DNA of 64,000 bases, taken from NCBI GenBank assembly GCA_965153285.1, contig OZ229115.1. One strand, 5' to 3'. Positions 53,136-64,000 of this stretch are shown one piece after another; position 1 is the stretch's first letter, and each line of letters begins with the position of its first letter. The position numbers and the translations under genes are program-made. A model generated the notes under the pieces. The model was not told the origin of the DNA. It saw only the letters and a list, made by a program, of their open reading frames with translations, and made no database searches. Source of the stretch: Podarcis tiliguerta (Eukaryota).

Positions 53136-54078
53136 TAATTGTTTAAGAAGTGAGCCAAGCTACGTGCTGGAAAGAAGGGCAATCCTCATTCCGCCCCCCC
53201 CCCAAGAAAAACACAGCATTCCTACTACTGAATCTGTTAAAGCTCCTCCCCATCTCATTTCATTAGCAGCATGAACTCTGTACAGGACAGGCCTAGATCT
53301 CATTTTGATTTATCTGCCAAAGCCACATTATCAGTTGGCTTGGGATGGGGTGACTTTAAGACAAGTCAGCATTAGAGTTGCACATTTTAATTGGCAGATC
53401 CATCAACTCAAGCTTTAGTTGAATGATCAGTGGGAGCTAACTTTAACTAGTGGTTCTGAAAACTAAAGCTCTTTGGTTTATTTTTTATGTTACCTTTGGT
53501 TTTGGTGTTTTATTGCAATTATGGGTTTCAAAACATTAAGACTGTATTTCCTTCTTAACAATGAGTGGTGATTTTTGTTTATTAGATTGTAAATTACCTT
53601 ATGCTGTATTACATCAAGTAGATTGCAATTTATCTTACATGACATTAAGTAAAATATACCTATACTGTGCTTTATGCCATTTTATTTAAATGCAACTGAT
53701 TAATTAATAAGCTAATCCATTAAAAGGCAGGTGATCAATAAATTAAAACACCTTCATCAAACCACATCCTTACTGCAGCCAGAGACTAAAAACCACTAGT
53801 GAGGAATGTTGCTGCCTCAATCACAACAGCCCTCACTGATCCATGAATACAAGAGCACAACAGGCTTCCACACATTAATTCAAATTATCACAGCAATATT
53901 TAAAGAGAGAGACGTATAAAGTTATAACACTACTACCCAACTGCAGCCCCTTTGAAAATACAATAGGATTGAGTCCGATGCATCTAGTCAGGCAGCTTTC
54001 CCTTGATTTCCTGAAACACAACAGAACTCTGGAATATGAAGCTTTTAAAATGGTAGAAAGGAAATAGCAGGCATTTAC

Positions 54079-54210
54079 CTTGAACTATGTAAAGTAATTC
54101 ACTGTAGGTTGCTGGGTGAATCACGGGGCAAGGGAGCTCCTGAAGGTAGTGCCTGAGCATTTCACCTAACGTCTGCCCATCAAACTGGTCCAGATCAACA
54201 GATCCCAAGT
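54079..54210 (-). CDS. PIK3R3: Coding exon (132 nt, phase 1 to 1) of a p85-like class IA PI3K regulatory subunit, BH/RhoGAP domain; probably a long isoform of PIK3R3
   Basis: Acceptor cttcttccag|AC and donor CAAG|gtaaat. Translates DLGSVDLDQFDGQTLGEMLRHYLQELPCPVIHPATYSELLYIVQ, colinear with remembered p85alpha [44 protein letters not shown], with the same exon length. The family call is strong; the paralogue symbol is an inference (about 0.7). Confidence 0.9.
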
Positions 54211-54987
54211 CTGGAAGAAGAAAAGCAGGGGAGGTTATCCTACAGAGTGCCCTTGCAACTGGGGGTAGGGAGGAAATTGAGCTGTTTGTACAGAAGGAAC
54301 CTAGCATTGGATTGCAAATCCTGATGTCGGAGAACAACGTGAACCGTATACCAAGAATGCCTCTTTCTGCATTCATTTTGAATTTACTCATCAAGAGCTT
54401 CTGTACTGGGCTGCTTCTTGGATACTAAGAGATCTGAAAAGCACTGATGGATGTGAAGGACTTCTAATATCCTGCATTTTCTGGAGAAAAATGCTGAAAC
54501 AAGCATCCTATTCAATATACCACTAATTCATATAAAGGGACACAATATATCTCAATTTAAAAGGTGGGGTGTGTGTGTCCCATTTTGAACACAGTACTTA
54601 TTTTGACTTACCAGAATGGAAGGAAACAAAAGTCTCCCCAACTAGTATAAAACTAGAAAATTATCACTTTCCAGTCTACCATAAGTCACAAAAGTAGAGG
54701 ATTATTATGTGTAACAAAACATAATTCACCAACAACTGGAAAAAGTGTTATTTTACAGCTGCACATATACTTTTTCTTGGTATACACATACACAGAGATG
54801 CAAATGTCATATAAATCACTGAATCTGCTCACTTTCTAAAAAAGCTTGACTTTAAACTCTATATTTGAGTTCTTGCAAACACAGAGTACAATCCATCTTG
54901 GATTGTCAGGTTCTGGTCCTCAGACTTGGGATTGTAGCCTTAAAGACCAAGGATGGTCCCAGCAGGACCGAGGCTGTAGTCACCTGA

Positions 54988-54990
<3 letters not shown>

Positions 54991-55026
<36 letters not shown>
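54991..55026. repeat. (GT)n microsatellite
   Basis: Direct reading. Confidence 0.95.
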
Positions 55027-55027
<1 letters not shown>

Positions 55028-55275
55028 GTCTCAAGTATCTCTTTCTAGCTACTCTCCGGTCCAAAATGCTAATTGCCCTGCTTCCATTGTGTTTTCAAAC
55101 AAATTTATGATGCTTATGTCTACCTCTCGGTTGATCACCCAAACAGAGAGAATAAAGAAGAGCATAATGGGGAAAGGGGAAGGAGCTGAATTTTAGAATG
55201 AAGAGAATGGGAATGGGAAACAAAAAACAGAGTGTCCTCTTGATTCTGCCTCTCATCCTGATATATAGAGACACG

Positions 55276-55432
55276 GGAAGCTGCCTTACACCAGCTCAGA
55301 CCATTTGTCCATCCTGATCAGAATTGACTGAGCTGCTCACTGGGGTCTCTGGCAGAGGTTTAGAGATGCCAGCCAAACAACCTGGGTCTCTTCGCATGCA
55401 GAGCACGTGCTCTGCCACTGAGCCATGGTCCC
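55276..55432 (-). mobile_element. Degenerate tRNA-derived SINE (Squam2-like)
   Basis: ggaagctgccttacacc tail and gcatgcagagcacgtgctctgccactgagccatggtccc head. Confidence 0.65.
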
Positions 55433-56164
55433 TCCCTACTTTTCCTGGAGATGCTGCAAAGGAGAGTAAAACTGTAAAACTCAGGATCAAAGCATAAGAT
55501 GACCTGGCAACTCTACATTCAGCAAACTAATGTTACTTTAAATCTAATAGGCACCATCTATAGAATGAAAAACATGCTTAAGTTTCTACCATCAAAGATT
55601 GGTAGCATTTAAAAGTTGTTATCTTTGGCTGGGTTGTGCCCAGAACATTTTTGGCAAGGAGCGGGAGTGATGGTGTAGGTAAGGAGATGGTGTGGGTACT
55701 AGAGATGTGTGGAGAGCGGGATACATCATGGCAACCATGAAGAAGAAACAAGAAGCCATTCAGCAGAAGCTCTACCCACTGAAATCTTTTGTAGAGATGC
55801 TCGCTTGAGCAATATACCCATCTTATTTTTGCAACCATATATGCCTTAATAATGAGAAGTGAGTTTTCATTTGGGAATCAACACCAGCTGTCAGACTGTA
55901 TGCTGAGTCCATGAAATAAACAGCACAAGCAATTACAAAAGGACAAATGACTCCTCCTATTTTCGATGATTGTAATATGCCCCTGTAAAATAATGGCTCA
56001 TTTTTCAATACAAATTCATTCACTCTCAAATTTTATAGCAAATTTCAAGTGGTCGCTTGTAATTAGGTTGCTAATTATAATAAACCATCATTCATTAAAA
56101 ATTAATGTTGCCTCCACTTATTTTGGGGAATTCACCACAGAAACCATTTCTTATCTATCATATA

Positions 56165-56404
56165 CAGTGGTACCTCGGGTTAAGAACTTAATTCGTTCCA
56201 GAAGTCCGTTCTTAACCTGAAACTATTCTCAACCTGAAGCACCACTTTAGCTAATGGGGCCTCCTGCTGCTGCCGCACTGCTGGAGCACGATTTCTGTTC
56301 TCATCCTGAAGCAAAGTTCTTAACCCGAGGTACTATTTCTGGGTAGCGGAGTCTGTAACCTGAAGCGTATGTAACCTGAAGCGTATGTAACCCGAGGTAC
56401 ACTG
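56165..56404 (+). mobile_element. Tc1/mariner (pogo/Tigger-like) MITE with TA TSD
   Basis: ta|cagtggtacctcgggtta ... taacccgaggtacactg|ta, with subterminal (gtaacctgaagcgtat) repeats. Confidence 0.9.
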
Positions 56405-58182
56405 TATTACTGAAAACAGGAAGGGGCCATTTCCAAGATATCAAAATTTTTGAAAAGCAATTTTGGGATATATATATATATTAAAAGGATTGTATCAACA
56501 AAGACTGGCTCTTTTTCCTTAGAGAGGAACCTATAATTTGCCCAAAAATAAGAACTGACAATTAGAAATGGCAAGTGACCACAAACCATGGGGACACCTA
56601 ATTATATCCCCTGTGTCCTACATGTCACCCCTTGGAAACGGGGTGTGACGCAAAACTCAGCCTCAAGGCCACTAGTTCCGTGGAACCATTTATGTGTCTA
56701 AGCCACTGCATACCGCCCATGCAGGGGGATTTCCATCCCAATGATCTCCACAGACGTTTAGAGCCTTTTGACACAATCACCCTACCCCTCGAATGCCAGA
56801 AGCACATTTTAACCATTGCACAATAGTCCTGGGGAAGCAATGTGACCCACCAGCCTGATTGCTAAAGTTTGTCTAGCTTGCTGTAACAGGCTTCCAATTT
56901 CTAAGAGTGCCCAGAACTTTACTTTGAGGTCACACTCTAAGTTTATAGATATTTCTCTTCTTCACTGCAAAAGATCATTCATCCCCATCCTAGTTTCTAT
57001 TTGTTGCTTAAATCAGCCTAGAAAGTATTGTGAATATTAGACAAATTTCGTCGTTCCTGCCAAAGGATCCCATGGAGGGTGTCAAGTAACCACTGCCCTT
57101 TCTGGTTCTACCTGATCACTCCACAGTTTAGGGTAAGTTGCTGTGGGCAGATGCTTCAATTAGGACCTCCCTCCTTATTGCTAACTAGAGTCGAGTGCAA
57201 AGTGGTGGTTTGAGGGGGAGAAGCCAGTTACTTTCTGCACCCCATGAGGCATATCCCAAGATAACTGCATAAAACCACACACACAGCCAAATCTCTGTGT
57301 GGGTTACCACAGACTAGGGTTTCTAATAGCATAATGTATCTGGGGAAGAGTTTTTGTTGTGTGTCTCCTAAAGTTAAGCAACTAGAAGTCAGAAATTTTT
57401 GGTAGTCTGCTCAAAATCATCTAGCAATGTAACATCTTGGTTCAAAGTACACTTCATTTGCAGGGAAACAAAGGAATTCTTAAATTAGCATAGTTTCTCT
57501 GATGGGCTTTTCACAATTCTCTTCTCATAAAACTTCTGGGAAGGCTTGTAGCTAACTTCTGGTCCAAATCACTGTGGGTGATGAACACCCTTTGCTGACC
57601 TACTCCTTAAAAAACCAGGACTCTGGCTTCTCATATGTTGACCCAGCTTGTGTCCTATGTGTTGCTATAATAATGGAATCGACTTCTTTATTCTGCTTCA
57701 TTTGTTCTCTCAGAGAACACGTACTGGCATATTTGCCTCTGCAAACGTTATAAAATGATGTGATAAGAATCTGGAACAAACAAACTTCACTTAACACTGT
57801 GCAACTGATCTCAACATGGTTGCTGCTGCCCTGCATTTCAGATCCCTTCTGGTGTTCCCTAGAACTGCTTCCTTCTATGGACCTGCTCATGAGACACTTT
57901 GGTTTCTAATATCAATAAAGCTGAAGCAGATGAGAGCTGATGGCCTGCATTTGATGTCCCAAACATGGCTCTGAAAAATGGGTGCTTAAAAAAAATCTAG
58001 TACCCTATAATTACAGATACACGGCCCTTGCTTCTTTCTACCGTTTGATAACACAGTTGATCTCTTCGTTAGATTTTTAATAGTCTTTGTTTATTTTTGT
58101 TTGCATCTCACATTATATTGATTTCCAAAACTAAACTTTTTATATTAAAAAAAATGTATTATTGTGCTGATGTTTTTAAGCC

Positions 58183-58310
58183 AAGGATAGAGAAGCTGTG
58201 GCCCTCCAAGTATTATTGGACTCCCATGAGCCCCAAGCAGCACAGTCAGTCATCGGGGATGATGCTTGCAGTCTAGCAATATGTGGGGAACCCCAGGTTC
58301 TCTATCCCTC
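58183..58310. mobile_element. Decayed copy of the palindromic MITE family seen at 22101
   Basis: caaggatagagaagctgtggccctcca ... caggttctctatccct. Confidence 0.55.
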
Positions 58311-59197
58311 ATTTAAGTCATTTGTGCCAACCTATGTTTAAATGCTCCGTTATAAACACTTCTGGCACCCAGATTTTCATAGGAAAACTGAGGCACCTCC
58401 AAATGCCTAAAGGCAGCTAGTATTAATTTTAAAATAAGATGCCAGTATAACTGATTCCTTATCTTTTGCTGTGCACACCTTTCAGCAAAAGGACATGAGG
58501 GTTTTCTCTTGGGTTAGCATCAGTAGCTAATCTCTCATTATGTCACCGATAGCATACAATGGATGATTGTGAAATATTAATAATAATAATCTGCAGTGGG
58601 AAATCTAGCAACCAAATCTCAAAACTCCTGTTTAAGAATGGCCAGCACTGCTTCACTTTCAAGATCTTGCATACAAATCACCTTATTTTGAATCTTCCAG
58701 GTTTGGGAATCAGAGGCTGCAGCTCAGCATTATTCCCCCCCCCCCTTTTTCCAGGCCTAAAGATACTTCCCATGGAAAGGGACTGAAGGAAGAACTGTGG
58801 CTCTCACTGCTGATTTCTTTGGCCAAAGCCTGAATGTATTTAGAAAGGACTCTGTCCATTTCCTTGAGGCTGACTGTTTGGTTGTACTTTAATAAGCTGG
58901 ATCACCTGCGTGGAAAGTACAGGGAAGCGCTGGGGTCAGAGGAAGGCTGAGGACAGCAAATCCTGACTTTGGTATAAATGAAGTCTTCTGACGGTGGAAC
59001 TAATTTGCTCATGTTCCCCTGTGGGCTGCCAAAGTAAAATTTGGACAACAGCTTCAGTATTCCATTCTGAAAGGTAGCTGGTTAAATGCGTTGGGGCTGA
59101 AGAAGAAAAAGTCAGCGTTTCTAAGTGCCTAAAAAGGTTTGCTGCCCCACCCCTTCAGACAGTGCTGAACAGAAAGGGGGAAGAAAATATCCCGGAC

Positions 59198-59626
59198 TAG
59201 GGATGGATCGAGCCACCAATTTCAGATACTTCTGTTTCTTATTTTTCCAATCTTAACTTCAGGTCTCCTCATTTCTGAAGCAATCCACAATTTTTAAAAA
59301 TCCTTTTGAAGATTCGCCAGCTTTTTAGTGTGAATTTTTGCTAGAAATATGTTTTCGTCTGCAGTTTTGAATAATGTACATATTTTTGCAAGCAATTTCT
59401 CCTAATAAAATCTATTTCTGTATGTTATTTCACCAATGTATTCATTTTTATGCACACTTTTACCTTATACAAGCATCGGTTCACGGAGAAATGCATTGCA
59501 AAATTTGAAATTGAAAGTTTGAATTTCGAAGGACGGCTGTGTTTCAGTTCTCATATTGCTTCGTTAAGCGCAAATTTGATAATTTGCCTTTAAATGTGAA
59601 CTGAACCCATTTTCCTCCCATCCCTA
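59198..59626 (-). mobile_element. AT-rich non-autonomous element with tagggatgg and ccatcccta ends
   Basis: Short TIR visible; inverted homologue of 23833-24213. Confidence 0.7.
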
Positions 59627-60113
59627 CCCCAGATTGAATCTGCAGCAGTAAAACCTCTAACCCAGCAGCTGGATACATCATCTTATAGTCTAGGGTTCCC
59701 GCAAGTGTGACCACGAACCTCATTGCAGTCTCTTTGGGAAAACAGCAAACTTTGGCAGGCTTTTTTTTCTCTTCATAGACCGTGAGAAAGCTTGCAGCAG
59801 AGTCACGTCGGGGATACTGGCCTGCCCTGGCCAAGTATGGCACAGATTAAGCAATGTGGCTTTGCTTTTGAGCTGTTTTCCCAGAAGCAAAATACAGAAG
59901 TCTGGAAGTGGGTATGAAACAACAAAACAAAAAGCATCGTGTTTACGTGTTATAAAGGGCCAGAACAGTAGTTCACAGAGAATTTCTGTGCATGAGGTGA
60001 AGTAATGTCTTTCACATTTTGTGAAGGCTAATCCCCTACTCTTCAACTTAAGTTAAGGGTTGCCACGGCTACTGCTACCTGCATACCTGACCAACAGAAC
60101 TACAATCTCACTA

Positions 60114-60322
60114 CAGTGGTACTTCTGGTTAAGAACTTAATTCATTCCAGAGGTCTGTTCTTAACCTGAGGTACCACTTTAGCTAATGGGGCCTCCTGCT
60201 GCCGTCACGCCATTTCTGTTCTCATCCTGAAGTAAAGTTCTTAACCCAAGGTACTATTTTCTGGTTAGTCTGTAACCTGAAGCGTTTGTAACCCAAAGCG
60301 TTTGTAACCCGAGGTACCACTG
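60114..60322 (+). mobile_element. Tc1/mariner-type MITE (same family as 35227 and 56165)
   Basis: ta|cagtggtacttctggtta ... aacccgaggtaccactg|ta. Confidence 0.88.
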
Positions 60323-60324
60323 TA

Positions 60325-60565
60325 CAATGGTACCTTGGTTTAAGAACAGCCCTGTTTACAAACTATTCGGTTTACAAACTCCGCAAAACCGGAAGTAGTG
60401 TCCCAGTTTGCAAACTTTACCTCGGTCTAAGAATGGAAGCTGAACAGTGGAAGGGCACCGGCGGCGGAAGGCCTCATTAGGGAAAGCGCACCTTGGTTTA
60501 AGAACAGTTTCAGTTTAAGAATAGACTTCCAGAATGGATTAAGTTCGTAAACCGAGGTACCACGG
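60325..60565 (-). mobile_element. Second, related Tc1/mariner-type MITE abutting the first in opposite orientation
   Basis: ta|caatggtaccttggttta ... taaaccgaggtaccacgg|ta; internal ggcctcattagggaaag is the reverse complement of the ctttagctaatgaggcc motif of the first family. Confidence 0.82.
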
Positions 60566-63500
60566 TACTGAGATACAGAAACATGTCAACTCATCCATAC
60601 TAGCAGTCATTCCTTGAGGTTAGCTGTTCATCTGAATCCACCCATGGTCTATCAAGGCTTCTAAAGAGAAAAGCCAAGATGCAGCAGTGGTCCAAATGCC
60701 TCCCCTTCTCTGCCTTTGCTGGCGTTCGAACAAGTGCCACGATACATTACAAATCTCTCATGCAGGAGGGGCAGAAACCCTGGCATATGTAGCTTCCCAA
60801 CAAGGAATGAAAAATATTATTGATCCCATCTGGAGTGGTATCCCTAAGGCCCTTTCTGCATGATTCAATCAGCTTTTTGCACAAAAAAGTTCATACGTCT
60901 CCCAGCAAGGTAGTATTTCTGCCCCCCCCCCCAAGATATATCCCAAAGTGTAATATGGGACAATGCAGTACCTCCCCTAGACAGCATCTTCATTGCCATC
61001 ATGTTTGCCATGCAAATTGTTGTGTGATGTGGGTCACCATCATATATATTATTTAAGATCTGTGATGACCAAGAGGCTTAAACCAAGGGCCTGAGGATCG
61101 GACCAATGCACTGGAAATTACTGAGGTTTTGGAAGAATGAGGATTGTCTCTGCACGCCACATGATGGTCAAGGTGAAAATACCGATTTAGAAGCAGCCCT
61201 AGAGGGTCTTTCTTTCTTTCTTTTTAAATTACATTTATTTGTCAAAGACACCCATTGTGAACCTCATGGCTGATGAGGGGAGGTTGAATCTGCACCTTCC
61301 CAGCCCTAGTATGACACTCTCTCTATAGCCACTACACCACAGTAGCCTCCTGGTTAGGTGAGACAGTTTTTAGTTTCAGAATCTTGCAGTTTGGAACTAG
61401 AGTTATAAGCCATCTGAATAAATGTTATGAAGTTAAATCTATTAAAGTTTGCATAAAGTTGTATCTGGGTAAAAAACAGTGGATAGAACCCAAGATAGTG
61501 CTAAGGGGAACACTGCGTCAGCACAAGGATTTCTGCTTGCGCAGTAGAATGTTCTCCCACTCTCGTCCCCAAACACCACACCTAAATCTCTTTAGGGGTT
61601 CCCCTTGGAGTAGATTTGAGGATGGTATGGAGCACGCATGAGGGAAAGAGAGAGGGGAAACGCCGTTGTGCAAGTGGATATCTGTCTCTGGTGGGACTTC
61701 TTAGCAGAATACCATCCAATATTTCTGAGGCAAAGAAGCATACTTCCTCCCCCTACCATTCTTTAGATAATACACACACGTATTGAAGGCAGCATCATTG
61801 TAGAGGAGGCATTCCCTCTTATGTGAGAGAAAAGGGGCGTGCTTTTTCCTTATCTGCAGTATTTGTATGGGTGTCATATTTTGAAAAGCCTTCTGTGTGA
61901 TTAAACAGGGGGCACCTTTTAGTTGATTAAATGGTTTTAATAACTGAAAAAGTGGCAACCTTACATTGGACCTGTCTGCCATGGTTATCCACCCTTATGC
62001 CTCTATAAACACACCAGAATAATCACAACTTTCTAAAATGTGCCCCTTTCTCCACATATTGCTGCCAAGTTGGATGTTTCTCATTGCTCTGAGGCTGCAG
62101 GAACACAGGAAAGATATTAAAAGTCTAAGGGATGGAATTTTATATTATCAAATGTGGTGTGTAAGGATGGCAACAGTTGTCACTTTGGATTCCTTTTGGC
62201 TGCTTGTTGGGGAGAAAACGACACACTGCTCAGTACATTCATTAAAGCACCTTTAAATCCCGTTGATTTCAACAGATGAGTTAATTATGTGCATAATTCT
62301 CTTATGTGGCACAAAAGTGCTTAACATCAGCTGGATTGTGTCCAAAGTGTTTAACAATCCCAAGATTGTGCAGCTTTAAGATTATCAGATGTCTCTAAGG
62401 GCCAGCTCACATTATACAGCAGTAAATTAAGGTTTGCCACTCTATGATACATGCAGGAGGGAGCCATAGGCAATCCTGGGTCCCTGGCATGTCTATGATT
62501 TACAGATTACTTTTTTAGATGTCCACATAAACATTTTACAGGTACTTCTTAAAAGGTAAAAATTTAGTGACTCTCATAATAAAATATCCAAGTTCTACTA
62601 CACTATCACTGCTGTTGCCTGTTTCAGAATACTAAAGCTCTATAAAACTGTGGAACAGATGCCACAACTCCACAGTACCCCTTATATTTGAAATTTTGCA
62701 CTGGCAACTCTACATGGGCCCCTGATCTCTTGCATTCAGAACAGTGGACTCCCCGTTGGTCTAAACAACAGCTTTCAGATTTAAATATTTGATTTAGAGC
62801 CCTTCCTTTCCCTTTCCTCTAGCCAAAAAATGAGAAAACAAGTCCTGTTATTTTTCTCCTAATCCCCTTTCATGCACATCCCTCTTGTGGGGGGGGGCAC
62901 CTTTAATTATGGGATCTCTATTTTTCTTTGTCTCTGGACAAGAGTGGGAGGAGGAAGAAATGTTGCCTTTCTTTGCTCTACACAGTAATTTTGACCAGGT
63001 CTCCCGATGTGGAAATAATGGGTGGCAATTATTTATCTTCCTCCCCTGGGTAGTCATTTTGTGCATAATTTCCCATTTTCTCATCTGAATTTACACTTGA
63101 AATAATTACTGTAGACTGCCTGAAACAACTGTGGATCAGTGATCATCAAGTTTCAAGTGATATGATGACCTGAAGCCAAATAATCTCTCAGTATCCCATC
63201 AGATAATATCAACAATATGAAGGACTTCTGTTTGCTTCACTATGTCTTTGTTAAGTCCCTTCCAAAGAACATTAGCAAGTGCATGAAATAAAGACCCAGA
63301 ATATCTGCCTATTAGGTGTAATGGTGCAGAATGGAACATCAGATGAAGAACAACAGCAAAGCCCTTAACACCTCTGTGTTGGCAGCTTTCTTTTTTACTA
63401 CAGTTGCTTCATTTCTGGACCAAAAGGTCTTCAGCTCTGTTCCCCACAAGACACACTGTATTTTATGTGCTGCCTATAGACACCTGAACTCTTTCTTGAA

Positions 63501-64000
63501 GCAAGTTCTTAATGGAGGCACAGTTACGGTTATCCATTAGCATAAATGGCATCCATTGTGGGGAACTGAAAAGAGAATGATCAGCCTGGCCCTTGTGTTT
63601 GAAAGTACAAGATCATAAAAATAAAGCAGCAGCTATTTCTAGCACTGTGCTGAAATCTGCCCTCCAGTTTCTCAAAAGTTTTATTCCTCTGTGGGGAAAA
63701 AAAAGCTTCAACTTCATTTCTTTATTTGCTCCATTCTTAGGGCATTTGAGAATTTCTTTAGAATTTTGGTCAGTGCAGGGCTTTGAGCTTACAATATTGT
63801 TGTGAGGTGGTTGAGGGCACGAAGCATACTTTTTTCCTTTCGAGTAAACATTTCTCTAGCTCTCTGCAATCTTCCTGGCTGCCCAAATTTCTGAGTGTTT
63901 CCCACTGGACTTTGATTGAAGCATTCACTGGTGAGGAGGAAGGAAGGAACTCACAAACACCCATTGACCACCTTAAAAATAAGGTTAGCACATCCAAAAC

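Noticed and set aside
59720-59901. Possible minus-strand exon after a good pyrimidine tract (cccacttccag)
   Set aside because: All frames reach stops before a convincing donor, and there is no similarity to the expected p85 exon (GL...LYR).
60601-60660. Possible 60-nt minus-strand exon (ttttctctttag ... gtatgg)
   Set aside because: The phase-1 frame needed to join the 54210 exon contains a stop, and no homology was recognised.
1-64000. Prokaryote-type systems (CRISPR arrays, operons, retrons)
   Set aside because: The sequence is eukaryotic intron DNA. There is no regularly spaced repeat-spacer array or dense coding region, and the RT fragments are decayed LINEs.

Overview
Vertebrate genomic DNA, almost certainly from a squamate and probably a lacertid lizard, judged from Sauria-SINE, Squam3-type SINEs, L2/CR1/L1 fragments and recurrent MITE families. 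The window is mostly intron of one minus-strand gene. Three GT-AG coding exons (54079-54210, 33461-33662, 32362-32447) splice in frame into the C-terminal two-thirds of a BH/RhoGAP domain of a class IA PI3K regulatory subunit. Exon sizes and phases match the p85alpha (PIK3R1) gene as I recall it, but the protein is too divergent to be the p85alpha or p85beta orthologue. The best interpretation is a long, p85-like form of PIK3R3, which in mammals is known only as p55gamma without this domain. The upstream (SH3, start of BH) and downstream (proline-rich, SH2) exons were not found and are presumed to lie outside the window. The introns hold many mobile-element relics, including nested insertions with intact target-site duplications (TSDs), a tailless 3'-truncated U6 snRNA retrocopy, and a perfect 40-bp-arm hairpin inside (TA)n. 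Nearly all supplied ORFs are spurious. All family assignments were made by eye from remembered consensus sequences; no search was run.
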